Source: an uncultured Bacteroidales bacterium
GTDB taxonomy: Bacteria; Bacteroidota; Bacteroidia; Bacteroidales; Bacteroidaceae
DNA: 64,000 bases
Direction: 5' to 3'
Assembly (NCBI GenBank): GCA_902763865.1
Contig: CACWTR010000002.1
Coordinates: 12,343-76,342, forward strand
Positions within the stretch are counted from its first letter, which is position 1. Every line of letters starts with the position of its first letter. Below, in pieces: positions 26,607-38,386 of this stretch. Position numbers and translations under genes: made by a program. The notes under the pieces are model-generated. The model was not told the origin of the DNA. It searched no databases and saw only the letters and a program-made list of their open reading frames with translations.

Positions 26607-27950
26607 ATGAAACGCTTCGCTTTCCTCTTCCTTACCTTTCTGCTGACGCTTATGTCGGCAGCACAGGACCTTGTCATCAGCGACGAGACGCGCCGCATAC
26701 GCGAGGACTTCCAGGACCGCAAGTTTGGCATCTTCATCCATTGGGGCATCTATTCCATGCTGGCCGACGGAGAGTGGGTGATGCACAACCGCAGCATCAA
26801 CCGCGACGAGTACGCCAAGCTCGCCGGAGGCTTCTGTCCCTCCTGGTTCAATGCACGCGAATGGGTGCAGCTCTTCAAGGAGGCCGGAGCACAGTACGTC
26901 ACCTTCACCAGCCGCCACCACGACGGCTTCTCCATGTGGGAGACCAAGGCAAGCCCCTACAACATCGTCGAGGCCACGCCTTACGGACGCGACGTGGTGA
27001 AGTCCCTGGCCGAGGCGTGCAGAGAGTACGGACTGAAGCTTCACTTCTACTACAGCCACATGGACTGGCAGCGCCTTGACTACCCGACAGGCAGCTGCCG
27101 CAACTGTCCGCACGACCCCACCACAAGCAACTGGGACAGTTATTATGCCTTCATGAACATGCAGCTTACAGAACTGCTGACTAACTACGGGCCGATAGGA
27201 GCCATCTGGTTCGATGGCATGTGGGACCACAAGGAGAAGGAGTTCGACTGGCGACTCGACGAGCAATACGCCCTCATCAAGCGTCTGCAGCCCAAGTGCA
27301 TGATAGGTAACAACCATCATGGAGCTCCTATCGGCGTCGAGGACTTTCAGCTCTTCGAGCAGGACCTGCCGGGACAGAACACGGCAGGCTTCAGCGGAGA
27401 GCAGAAGGTGGCACAGCTCCCCCTTGAGACCTGCATGACGATGAACAACACATGGGGCTACAGCATTACGGACAAGAACTACAAGAGCGGCGACGAACTC
27501 ATCCGCCGCCTCGTGCAGGCAGCAGGCATGAATGCCAACTTCCTGCTGAACATAGGACCACGTCCCGACGGTCAGCTGCCAGACGAGGCTGTCGAGAGGC
27601 TGAAGCACATCGGAGCCTTCATGAATGCCAACGGTTCGAGCATCTACGGCACACGCGGCGGCTGCGTTCCCCCGCAGCCTTGGGGCGTCACGACACAAAA
27701 GGGGAAGACACTCTACATTCATATCCTGAACAAAGAGAAAGACGGCAAGGTGCTCAACGAGGGCCTGGAACGTATCAACGGCGGCCCGCTTTCCTTCTTC
27801 CTGCCCCTGAGCCAACACAGCCTCTCGAAGGTCGTCCTGCGCAGCGACGGCTCTGCTCTGCAGTTCCAGCGCGAGGGGGAGGGCTACCGCATCTTCCTGC
27901 CCAAGCATCCCGACACTGTGGACTGCATCCTGACGGCTGCCTTGCAATGA
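26607..27950 (+). CDS. alpha-L-fucosidase (GH29)
   Basis: FGIFIHWGIYSMLADGEW and HHDGFSMWETK motifs. Signal peptide. Confidence 0.9.
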   Translation: MKRFAFLFLTFLLTLMSAAQDLVISDETRRIREDFQDRKFGIFIHWGIYSMLADGEWVMHNRSINRDEYAKLAGGFCPSWFNAREWVQLFKEAGAQYVTFTSRHHDGFSMWETKASPYNIVEATPYGRDVVKSLAEACREYGLKLHFYYSHMDWQRLDYPTGSCRNCPHDPTTSNWDSYYAFMNMQLTELLTNYGPIGAIWFDGMWDHKEKEFDWRLDEQYALIKRLQPKCMIGNNHHGAPIGVEDFQLFEQDLPGQNTAGFSGEQKVAQLPLETCMTMNNTWGYSITDKNYKSGDELIRRLVQAAGMNANFLLNIGPRPDGQLPDEAVERLKHIGAFMNANGSSIYGTRGGCVPPQPWGVTTQKGKTLYIHILNKEKDGKVLNEGLERINGGPLSFFLPLSQHSLSKVVLRSDGSALQFQREGEGYRIFLPKHPDTVDCILTAALQ

Positions 27951-28041
27951 AGGAGCAAGGGGCAAGGAGCAGGGGCGAGGAGCATGGAGCAGGGACGAGG
28001 AGCAAGGAGCAGGGACGAGGAGCAAGGAGCAGGGGCGAGAG
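27951..28041. repeat. ~20-nt tandem repeat AGCAAGGAGCAGGGRCGAGG, about 4.5 copies
   Basis: Read directly: alternating AGCAAGG and AGCAGGGRCGAGG blocks fill the fucosidase-udk spacer. Confidence 0.9.
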
Positions 28042-28043
28042 AA

Positions 28044-28077
28044 ATAGTAAATAGTAAATAGTCAAATCGTAAATAAC
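28044..28077. repeat. intergenic copy of the GTAAAT element (7+7+8+7 unit structure)
   Basis: ATAGTAA ATAGTAA ATAGTCAA ATCGTAA ATAAC. The coding copies at 48619, 53442, 53494 and 61079-61194 have the same unit architecture. Confidence 0.8.
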
Positions 28078-28081
28078 GAAG

Positions 28082-28693
28082 ATGTACATCATCGGCATAG
28101 CCGGCGGCACCGGTTCCGGCAAGACAACAGTCGTGAAGAAGATTCTGGAGACGCTTCCCATAGACCGCGTTGCACTCATTCCGCAAGACTCCTACTACAA
28201 CGACACAACCCATCTCACGGTGGAAGAGCGCAAGCGCATCAACTTTGACCATCCCGATGCTTTCGACTGGAAACTGCTCACGCAGCAGATACAGGCCTTG
28301 CGGCGGGGGGAGAGTATCGAGCAGCCCACCTACAGCTATCTCATCAGCAACCGCCTGCCCGAGACGGTGCACGTGGAGCCTTGCGAGGTCATCATCATCG
28401 AGGGCATCATGGCTTTGTGGAAGAAGCAGCTTCGCGACCTCATGGACCTGAAGATATTCGTCGATGCAGACTCCGACGAGCGCCTTATCCGCGTCATTCA
28501 GCGCGACACCGTGGAGCGCGGACGTACCACGCAGATGGTGCTCGACCGCTATCTCGATGTCCTGAAACCTATGCACGAGGAGTTCATCGAGCCTACGAAG
28601 CGCTACGCCGACCTCATCATTCCGCAGGGCGGGGCTAACCGGCAGGCCATCGAGATAATGCGCACATACATTATTCACAGGATTAAGCCATGA
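28082..28693 (+). CDS. udk: uridine kinase
   Basis: GIAGGTGSGKTT P-loop, QDSYY and NFDHPDAFD motifs. Confidence 0.9.
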   Translation: MYIIGIAGGTGSGKTTVVKKILETLPIDRVALIPQDSYYNDTTHLTVEERKRINFDHPDAFDWKLLTQQIQALRRGESIEQPTYSYLISNRLPETVHVEPCEVIIIEGIMALWKKQLRDLMDLKIFVDADSDERLIRVIQRDTVERGRTTQMVLDRYLDVLKPMHEEFIEPTKRYADLIIPQGGANRQAIEIMRTYIIHRIKP

Positions 28694-29835
28694 GCCCGCT
28701 GAGGCTGATTGGGCTCGTCAGCTTCTTTGTTTTGTTTTCTGCCTGTTCCGGCAGGAAGAGCTCCCCGGCAGAGGAACAGCGGAGCCTCTTTGGTGAATCC
28801 GCCGATACCTTGCAGTTCTACGACCTGCACGAGATTCAGAGCAGCGGTACGATTATTGCCGGCACCCTGAGCGGACCGGACACCTACTACGAGTACCACG
28901 GCAAGGAGATGGGCGTGCAGTTCGAGCTTGCCGAAGCCTTTGCGGGAAGTATCGGCGTGAGGCTCCAGATGGAGATTTCTCCCGACACGGCCAGCCTGCT
29001 GCAGAAGCTGGAGCGGGGTGACATCGACTTCATTGCCCTTGAAATGCCTGAATGGAAGACGCGCAAGGACGAGACCCTGCTGCGTGCGGCCATTGCCGAG
29101 TGGTGGGACCCTGAGCGCGTCCGGCAGATAAAGGACTCCGAACACAAACCGACATATACGGTCCGCCGTCGCATGCGTCCGGTCATGCAGGATGCTGCGC
29201 ACGGCATCATCTCTGCCTACGACGACCTCTTCCGCCGTTACAGCAGCGCGGCGGGGTGGGACTGGCGCCTGCTTGCCGCTCAGTGCTATCAGGAGTCGGG
29301 CTTCGACCCGCAGGCCGTGTCGTCGATGGGCGCGATGGGCCTCATGCAGCTCATGCCCGCCACGGCTGACGCCCTGGGTGTCCCCGAGGACAAGCGTTTC
29401 GACCCGGAGCACAACATTTCTGCCGCTGCCCGATACATCAGGAAGGTCAGTCAGTCCTTTGCCGACATTCAGGACGGCGAGGAGCGAATCCGTTTCACCC
29501 TGGCTGCCTACAACGGCGGGGCCGGTCACGTGCAGGATGCACAGCTGCTGGCCCGCAAGGCGGGGAAGAACCCGCACCTGTGGCAGGACGTGGCTCCCTT
29601 CATCCTGTTGCTTTCCGAGCCCCGGTACTATCGCGACCCCGATGTCCTCTACGGCTATATGCGCGGCAGCGAGACGGAGGCCTATGTCCGCCTCGTCATG
29701 GAGCGTTGGAGCCAGTACCGCGGCAGCGCACGTTCCTTCAGTCATGGCAGCACGCCTGCCCCGGCCAAGAGAAGCCTGCAAGACGGCGAGTACAAGAGCC
29801 AGGTGAAAACAGCCGAGGAGATGGTCAACTACTGA
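28690..29835 (+). CDS. MltF-like lytic transglycosylase (solute-binding-like domain plus SLT domain)
   Basis: CYQESGFDPQAVSSMGAMGLMQLMPATA SLT catalytic region. 4-nt overlap with udk. Confidence 0.8.
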   Translation: MSPLRLIGLVSFFVLFSACSGRKSSPAEEQRSLFGESADTLQFYDLHEIQSSGTIIAGTLSGPDTYYEYHGKEMGVQFELAEAFAGSIGVRLQMEISPDTASLLQKLERGDIDFIALEMPEWKTRKDETLLRAAIAEWWDPERVRQIKDSEHKPTYTVRRRMRPVMQDAAHGIISAYDDLFRRYSSAAGWDWRLLAAQCYQESGFDPQAVSSMGAMGLMQLMPATADALGVPEDKRFDPEHNISAAARYIRKVSQSFADIQDGEERIRFTLAAYNGGAGHVQDAQLLARKAGKNPHLWQDVAPFILLLSEPRYYRDPDVLYGYMRGSETEAYVRLVMERWSQYRGSARSFSHGSTPAPAKRSLQDGEYKSQVKTAEEMVNY

Positions 29836-29842
29836 GACGAAG

Positions 29843-29910
29843 CCAGTACTCACGCGGGAAAACTGCAGTACTCCCGCGGTGGTACTGGAGTTTTCTCGCG
29901 GGAGTACTGG
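29843..29910. repeat. 68-nt compound hairpin (CGCGGGAAAACTSCAGTAC family) between convergent genes
   Basis: The outer stem CCAGTACTC/GAGTACTGG is perfect. The inner 19-bp stem has 2 mismatches. Second copy at 52229-52295. Confidence 0.85.
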
Positions 29911-29953
29911 GGTATGTTCACGGGCCGGACGTTGGAATCACGGCATCTCTGTG

Positions 29954-31966
<2,013 letters not shown>

Positions 31967-31992
31967 TCATAGTCATTGTTTCTCTCTGTGTC

Positions 31993-33162
31993 TCACTGCG
32001 CGCTCACCTGCGTAGGGCTCCATTCGTTGCGCCAGCGGACGACGGGCTTCCCGTCCTCGAACTCAATGGGGAGCCAGATGTAGCGTGCATCAATCGGATG
32101 GCGCGGGCGCCAGACGTCGGCCATGAAGATGAAGCGTGAGTTGAAGGCGGGGAGCGGCGAGTCGAGCGTCAGGACATAGGTGCTCTGTCCGCCGAAGGTC
32201 TTCTCAGCTTTCGGGCCTCGACACGGGTTGGGGTGCTGAGTCCAAGGCCCCCAGATGCTGGGTGCCGAGAACATGCGGGCCTCGTTGGGTTCCCAGCCTG
32301 TGCAGCCGGAGGTGATCATCCAGTAGGTGCCTTCGTGCTTGAAGATGGCCGGTGCCTCGTTGTGGCCTGCGGGGGCGATGCGCGTGTAGCGTCCGGTATG
32401 GTGCAGGTAGTCGGCTGTCAGCTCGGCGATATGCAGGGTCAGGTTGTCCTCCGACGAGAAGATGTGGTAAGCCTTCCCGTCGTCGTCAACGTAGAGCGTC
32501 ATGTCGCGCGACATCTGGCCCGTGCCGAAGTCGCGCTTCACGAAGAGTCCCTGTGCCACAGCCTTGAGCCAGTCGGGAGTCCAGGCTTGTTTGAAGTGGT
32601 CAGCGTTGAGGGTGTCAACGACGGCCAGTTCCTGCTCCCCGAACTCGACGGGCCATGTGCCGGCATCGGCCCGCTGCGAGTAGAGGAACTTGTAGGGGCC
32701 TTCCGGACGGTCTGCCACGGCCACCCCGTAGCGGGCTGCATCGTAGCCTCGGCCCTTCAGCTCGAGGTGGAACCACATGCAGAACTTTCCCGTCACATTA
32801 TTATATATCACCTTTGGCCGCTCCAGGGTGCAGCCCCTCTCGATGTCGTGTCCGCGCTCGTCCGTCACGCTGAGCGCCACGCCGCAGTTACGCCAGTGGA
32901 GCAGGTCCTCCGATGCGTAGCAGGTCACGCCGACCAAGGCGCTGCTGGTGTGCTCCGACTTGTGTTCGCCGAACCAGTAGAAGGTGCCGTCGTGCTTCAG
33001 TATGCCGCCGCCGTGGGCGTTGATGTGCTGACCGTCCTGGTCGGGCCAGACTTCTCCGGAGCGGATGGACGATACGTTCTCCTGCACTTGTCCGCAGGCA
33101 ACCGACGGAAGGAAGAGGAATGCCGTCAGCAAAAGAATGTTTTTGAATGATGTTTTCTTCAT
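31993..33162 (-). CDS. glycoside hydrolase family 43
   Basis: [17 protein letters not shown] and propeller-blade repeats. Start [12 protein letters not shown] at 33162. Confidence 0.8.
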   Translation of the reverse strand: MKKTSFKNILLLTAFLFLPSVACGQVQENVSSIRSGEVWPDQDGQHINAHGGGILKHDGTFYWFGEHKSEHTSSALVGVTCYASEDLLHWRNCGVALSVTDERGHDIERGCTLERPKVIYNNVTGKFCMWFHLELKGRGYDAARYGVAVADRPEGPYKFLYSQRADAGTWPVEFGEQELAVVDTLNADHFKQAWTPDWLKAVAQGLFVKRDFGTGQMSRDMTLYVDDDGKAYHIFSSEDNLTLHIAELTADYLHHTGRYTRIAPAGHNEAPAIFKHEGTYWMITSGCTGWEPNEARMFSAPSIWGPWTQHPNPCRGPKAEKTFGGQSTYVLTLDSPLPAFNSRFIFMADVWRPRHPIDARYIWLPIEFEDGKPVVRWRNEWSPTQVSAQ

Positions 33163-33183
33163 GATGAACAAGATAATGACGCT

Positions 33184-33191
33184 ACAAAGAT
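33184..33191 (-). promoter_or_regulatory. candidate -7 box (TATCTTTG on minus strand) for the GH43 gene
   Basis: CAAAGATA on the plus strand, 22 nt upstream of the start at 33162. Confidence 0.45.
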
Positions 33192-33276
33192 ACGAAAAAG
33201 TCACGTACAAATACAAATAAAGGAACAACTTTGTAGATTAAATGTCCAATGTCTTTGTGTTTTCACCCATTTGCGC

Positions 33277-33284
33277 TACCTTTG
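33277..33284 (+). promoter_or_regulatory. candidate -7 box TACCTTTG for pfkA
   Basis: 29 nt upstream of the ATG at 33313. Confidence 0.45.
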
Positions 33285-33312
33285 CAGAAGAATTACAATT
33301 CACAGTAACATT

Positions 33313-34278
33313 ATGACAATAGGAATTCTGACTTCAGGCGGCGATGCTCCCGGCATGAATGCTGCCATCCGCGCCGTGACACGTGCAGGCATCTACAATG
33401 GTTTTAGGATTAAAGGCATCTATCGAGGCTATGAAGGACTCATCCGAGGCGAGGTGAAGGAGTTCACCACCGAAGACGTGAGCGGCATCATTACCCGTGG
33501 CGGTACCATACTGAAGACGGCCCGCTGCAAGGACTTTATGACCGTGGAGGGCAGGCAAAAGGCCTACGAGACCTGCCGCATGGAGGAAATCGACGCCCTG
33601 ATAGTCATTGGCGGCAACGGCTCGCTGACCGGTGCCTGGAACTTCGGTACAGAATTCAACTTCCCCGTCATCGGCTTGCCCGGCACCATCGACAACGACC
33701 TCTACGGCACGGATGCAACTATTGGCTACGACACGACGATGAACACCATCATGGAGTGTGTAGATAGAATCCGCGACACGGCGAACTCCCACGAGCGTAT
33801 CTTCTTCGTCGAGGTTATGGGACGCGATGCGGGCTTCCTGGCTCAGAATTGCGCCATCGCCTGTGGCGCCGAGGCTGCCATCGTGCCCGAAGAAACGACC
33901 GACGTCGATCAGCTGGCTGCCTTCATGGGCCGCGGAATACGTAAGTCCAAGAAGTCGTGCATCGTCATCGTGTCGGAAAGCCCCAAGTGCGGTGCCCTCT
34001 ACTATGCAGAGCGCGTGAAGAATGAATTCCCGAACTTCGACGTCCGTGTCTCCATTCTGGGCCATCTGCAGCGAGGCGGCAGCCCGTCGGCTCGCGACCG
34101 CATCATGGCCAGCTGCATGGGAGCCGGTGCCATCGAAGCCATCAAGCAGGGCCAGCGCAACATCATGGTGGGTTATCGCAACAATGAAATCGTCTATGTG
34201 CCCTTCACGGAGTGCATTCGTACCGACAAGCGCTTCGACAAGCGCCTCATTACGGTGCTCGACGAGCTGAGCATCTGA
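33313..34278 (+). CDS. pfkA: ATP-dependent 6-phosphofructokinase
   Basis: [27 protein letters not shown] and MGR motifs. Confidence 0.9.
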   Translation: MTIGILTSGGDAPGMNAAIRAVTRAGIYNGFRIKGIYRGYEGLIRGEVKEFTTEDVSGIITRGGTILKTARCKDFMTVEGRQKAYETCRMEEIDALIVIGGNGSLTGAWNFGTEFNFPVIGLPGTIDNDLYGTDATIGYDTTMNTIMECVDRIRDTANSHERIFFVEVMGRDAGFLAQNCAIACGAEAAIVPEETTDVDQLAAFMGRGIRKSKKSCIVIVSESPKCGALYYAERVKNEFPNFDVRVSILGHLQRGGSPSARDRIMASCMGAGAIEAIKQGQRNIMVGYRNNEIVYVPFTECIRTDKRFDKRLITVLDELSI

Positions 34279-34321
34279 GCCCCGCGCCTTTGTGCAGGAC
34301 CGGCAGAAGCTCCTACACGTC

Positions 34322-35227
34322 CTACATCCCAAGCATCAGGAACCAGTCGCGCAAGAAACCCTTGTACCGGTTCTGTGAGTCGGCTATCAGCAGAAGCTGG
34401 TGGGTCGTGGCTTGGCACATGCCTTCGTAGTTGCCGAACCGTCGGCTTGTCAGGGTAAGGCGTGTGCGAAACTCCCGAAGAAGCCTCTTCTGCAGGATGG
34501 GCTCGTCCGTCAGCGTCACCTCGTAGATGCGGATGACTGTGGAAGCACCAAGCCTGAGCCGCGGAATACGAATCTGGCGTTCAAGCACCAGCAGCCTCCC
34601 GTCCCTGAGGATGCAGAGTGCAGACACGCCTTGCCGGTACTTCCTTAACGGCTCGTCGGGGCGGTACATGTAGCATCGTCCGGGTTTCAAGTCATCGCCG
34701 AAAGTTTGTATGCGGAGCAGCGAGTCACCCCTCAAAGGTCTCTCGCTGGTCGTGAAGAACAGATGCCGCCTCTCATCATAGGCCAGCGACTCCAGCCCGT
34801 AGTTGCTGTCGGCCTCCTTGAACATTGCGGGCATGTCCAGTCGTCGCCCCGTCCGCCGTCCGTCCAGTTCGTATTCATACACCTCGTTGTCCTGTTCTCC
34901 CGAGATAAAGACGGTGTTCGTGGAAGGCCGGTAGCAGATGCCCTCGCCGTCTCTGCCGGGCAGTCCGCATGAGCGGAACCCTTCGTTCTCCAGGCTGGCA
35001 ATGTTTCCCTTGATGCTGTCGATGGAGATGTGCAGGATAAAGAACCCGTCTTCCTCCGACTTGTCGCTCACCACCGCATAGCGTCCATTCCCCAGGGGTG
35101 TTATCCCGCTGTAGTTGCCCGGCGGCAGTGCTTTGTGGAAACGCTGGGGCTTCTGTGCCGTCAGCATCGTGCACCAAAGCACGGACAGCAGCAGTAGGCA
35201 ATATGTCTTGATGTGTACTGTTGGCAT
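34322..35227 (-). CDS. secreted beta-propeller-like protein (esterase-like activity of phytase family, by recall)
   Basis: Signal peptide. Motifs GDGEGICY, YGLESLAYD. Weak recall-based assignment. Confidence 0.5.
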   Translation of the reverse strand: MPTVHIKTYCLLLLSVLWCTMLTAQKPQRFHKALPPGNYSGITPLGNGRYAVVSDKSEEDGFFILHISIDSIKGNIASLENEGFRSCGLPGRDGEGICYRPSTNTVFISGEQDNEVYEYELDGRRTGRRLDMPAMFKEADSNYGLESLAYDERRHLFFTTSERPLRGDSLLRIQTFGDDLKPGRCYMYRPDEPLRKYRQGVSALCILRDGRLLVLERQIRIPRLRLGASTVIRIYEVTLTDEPILQKRLLREFRTRLTLTSRRFGNYEGMCQATTHQLLLIADSQNRYKGFLRDWFLMLGM

Positions 35228-35245
35228 GGTCTTGTCCTTTCCTCG

Positions 35246-38200
35246 TTACTTGGATACGATATGCCCGAAGCGGCTGTGCAGCCACTGGAACGGCATGTAG
35301 AGGACAGGCACGACGAACAGGAGGGCAATGGTGCCTACCAGCATGCCGCCGGCACATCCTACGCCCAGCGAGACGTTGCCGTTGGCTCCCACACCCTGCG
35401 AGAAGACTAAGGGCAGCATGCCGAAAATCATGGTGAGCGAGGTCATCAGTATGGGACGAAGCCGCACCCTTGCTGCCGACATTGCAGCCATCGTGATGCT
35501 CATGCCCTGTCGGTGTCGCTCGGTGGCATATTCCGTGAGCAGAATGGCCGTCTTAGCCAGCAGGCCGATAAGCATGATGAGGCCCGTCTGCATGTAGATG
35601 TTGTTCTCCAGCCCCCACATCCGCGAGAAGAGGAAACTGCCCAGCAGACCGAAGGGTACGCTCAGGATGACAGCCATCGGGATGAACAGACTCTCGTAGA
35701 GCGCACAGAGGATAAGGTAGATGAACAGGACGCAGATGATGAAGATGACGGCTGTCGTGTTGCCCAGCGATGCTTCTTCCCTCGACATGCCTCCGAACTC
35801 GTAGCCGTAGCCTTCGGGCAGCACCTTGGCGGCAGTGCGGCGAATGGCTTCCAGTGTCTGGCCGCTGCTGTAGCCGTCGGCTGTTTGTCCCATGACGGCA
35901 ATGCTGCTGAAGAGGTTGAAGCGATTCAGCCCCTCGCTGCCATAGACGCGTTCCATCGTGATGTACTGCGTAATGGGAATCATCTGCCCGCTCGTGCTGC
36001 GGACACGCATGTTCGAGAGCGCTGCTTCGTCGAGACGGTACTCCGGCGATGCCTGGACGATGACGCGGTAGAGCTTCGTGAAGCGGGTCAGGTTGCTGCT
36101 GTACGTGCCTCCCACATAGCCCGACAGGACACGTAGCACGGCCTGAGGCGAGACGCCGTCGCGCTTGCATCGGGCAGCATCCACCTCCACGCGGTACTGC
36201 GGGTACTTGGTGTCGAAGGTGGTGAAGGCGCGTGAGATGGCTGGTTCCTGGTTGAGGGAGTCAATCAGCAGGCGGGTGTAGCGCATCAGGTCCTCTATGC
36301 GTCCGCCTTTGCGGTCCTGGACGTGCAGTTCGAAGCCGCTGGTGGCTCCGTAGCCGGATATCATGGGACGGGTGCTGACGCGAATCTGAGCTTGTGTGAT
36401 GTCGGCTGTGCGGCGGTAAATCTCTTCGATGACGGAATTGATGTCGTCGCCTTCTCCCTTGCGCTCGTCCCAGTTCTTGAGGCGGATGTTGAAGGAGCCA
36501 GCCGACGAGGACTGGTCGAAGGTGGAGCCGCGACCGATGGTCATGTTGTAGAGGCGGAACTGCGGGATGTCCTTGATGCGACGCTCCACCTCGCGTGTTA
36601 TCTTGCCCGTCACGGCCATGCTCGTGCCGGGAGCACACTGCACGTTGACGTTGATGGAGCCCATGTCCTCGTTGGGCACAAAGCCCGTCCGCGTCGTCTT
36701 GAGCATATAGCCCAGCAGGATGCAAACCAGCACGACCGACACCCAAGGCAACCAGCGATGGCGGAAGATGCGGAGCACTCCGCGCTGGTACTTGACAACG
36801 ATGCGGTGGAATCCAACATTGAATGCCTCGTGGAAACGTGTCGAGAAGGTGGTGTCGCCCTCCCTTCGCGGACGCAGCATCAAGGCGCAGAGAGCCGGCG
36901 AGAGTGTCATGGCATTGATGGTGGAGATGATGACTGCAATGGCCATCGTCACGCCGAACTGTGTGTAGAAGACGCCTGTCGTGCCGTCCACGAAGCAGAC
37001 GGGAATGAAGACGCTCATGAAGACGATGGTTGTCGTGACGAGGGCTGAGGTAAGTCCCTTCATGGCATCGATGGAGGCCAGGTAGGGCGACTTGTAGCCC
37101 TCGTCGAACTTCGCCTGCACTGCCTCCACGACGACGATGGCATCGTCAACCACCGTGCCTATCACCAGGACGAGGGCAAAGAGGGTGAGCAGGTTCAGGC
37201 TGAACCCGATGAAGTAGAGTACGGCAAAGGTTCCTATCAGGCTGACCACAATGGCGAGCGACGGGATGAACGTGCTCTTGAGGTCTTGCAGGAAGAGATA
37301 GACGACGAGCACGACCAGGAGGATTGCCTCGAACAGTGTTCGCACCACGTTGCGGATGCTGGCATCGAGGAAGTCCTTCGTGCTCATGACGTCCACGAGT
37401 TCCATGCCCGGCGGCAGTTCTTTCCTTATCTCTTCTGCCGTCTCGTCGATGAGCGTGATGATTTCGTTGGCATTCGAGCCCGGTGTCTGTGCTATCATGC
37501 AATTGGCACCGGCATGTCCGTTGGTGCTGTTCCGGAAGGTGTAGTTCTGGATGCCGAGCTCTACGCGTGCCACGTCCTTCAGTCTTAGGACGCTGCCGTC
37601 GGGCAGGGACTTGATGACGAGGTTCTCGTAGTCACGTTCCTCTTCGTAGCGGCCCCGGTATTTCAGGACGTACTGGAATGTGTTCTCGGCATCGGCGCCC
37701 AGCGTGCCGGTCGGTGCCTCGATGTTCTGTTCGTCGAGCACGGCATCGATGTCCGAGGGCATGAGTCCGTAGGCAGCCATCCGCAGCGGGTCGAGCCAGA
37801 TGCGCATGCTGTAGCTGGCTCCCCACACGTTTACCTCGCCTACGCCCGGCACTCGCGAAAGGCGCGGCTCGATGTTTATCTTCATGTAGTTTGTCAGGAA
37901 GTCCGTGTCGTAGGCATCCGTCGGACTGTAGAGCGAGAGGCTTTTGATGTTGCTTGTCTGTCGCTTGCGTACCGTCACGCCGCTGCGCGTCACGTCGGCT
38001 GGCAGTTGCCCTTGCGTCGAGGCTACGCGGTTCTGTACGTTCACCATTGCCATGTCGGCATCCGTGCCTTGCTTGAAGAAGATGCTGATGTTGCCCGAAC
38101 CCGTGTTGCTGGCCGAGGATGTCATGTACATCATGTTCTCCACTCCGTTCAGGCTTTCTTCCAGGGGGATGATGACGCTCTTCTGCACCGTCTCGGCATT

Positions 38201-38359
38201 GGCGCCCGTGTAGTTTGCACGCACGCTGACCGTGGGCGGTGCTATTTCGGGGAACTGCTCGATGGGCAGGTTCAGCAGCCCTATCAGCCCCAGCACAACG
38301 ATGAATACCGATATCACGCCCGACAGGATGGGCCGGTCTATGAATAGCTTAGGAGTCAT
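35246..38359 (-). CDS. RND efflux transporter permease (AcrB/HAE1-like)
   Basis: 1037 aa. N-terminus MTPKLFIDRPILSGVISVFIVVLGL. 12-TM RND layout. Confidence 0.9.
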   Translation of the reverse strand: MTPKLFIDRPILSGVISVFIVVLGLIGLLNLPIEQFPEIAPPTVSVRANYTGANAETVQKSVIIPLEESLNGVENMMYMTSSASNTGSGNISIFFKQGTDADMAMVNVQNRVASTQGQLPADVTRSGVTVRKRQTSNIKSLSLYSPTDAYDTDFLTNYMKINIEPRLSRVPGVGEVNVWGASYSMRIWLDPLRMAAYGLMPSDIDAVLDEQNIEAPTGTLGADAENTFQYVLKYRGRYEEERDYENLVIKSLPDGSVLRLKDVARVELGIQNYTFRNSTNGHAGANCMIAQTPGSNANEIITLIDETAEEIRKELPPGMELVDVMSTKDFLDASIRNVVRTLFEAILLVVLVVYLFLQDLKSTFIPSLAIVVSLIGTFAVLYFIGFSLNLLTLFALVLVIGTVVDDAIVVVEAVQAKFDEGYKSPYLASIDAMKGLTSALVTTTIVFMSVFIPVCFVDGTTGVFYTQFGVTMAIAVIISTINAMTLSPALCALMLRPRREGDTTFSTRFHEAFNVGFHRIVVKYQRGVLRIFRHRWLPWVSVVLVCILLGYMLKTTRTGFVPNEDMGSINVNVQCAPGTSMAVTGKITREVERRIKDIPQFRLYNMTIGRGSTFDQSSSAGSFNIRLKNWDERKGEGDDINSVIEEIYRRTADITQAQIRVSTRPMISGYGATSGFELHVQDRKGGRIEDLMRYTRLLIDSLNQEPAISRAFTTFDTKYPQYRVEVDAARCKRDGVSPQAVLRVLSGYVGGTYSSNLTRFTKLYRVIVQASPEYRLDEAALSNMRVRSTSGQMIPITQYITMERVYGSEGLNRFNLFSSIAVMGQTADGYSSGQTLEAIRRTAAKVLPEGYGYEFGGMSREEASLGNTTAVIFIICVLFIYLILCALYESLFIPMAVILSVPFGLLGSFLFSRMWGLENNIYMQTGLIMLIGLLAKTAILLTEYATERHRQGMSITMAAMSAARVRLRPILMTSLTMIFGMLPLVFSQGVGANGNVSLGVGCAGGMLVGTIALLFVVPVLYMPFQWLHSRFGHIVSK

Positions 38360-38386
38360 GGATGTTCAATGGTCAATGTTCAATGG

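Noticed and set aside
27951-28041. CRISPR array, considered for this and the other tandem arrays at 77-166, 8840-8914 and 40504-40569.
   Set aside because: The units are 20-23 bp and directly abutting, with no unique spacers. There are only 3-4.5 copies and no cas genes in the window.
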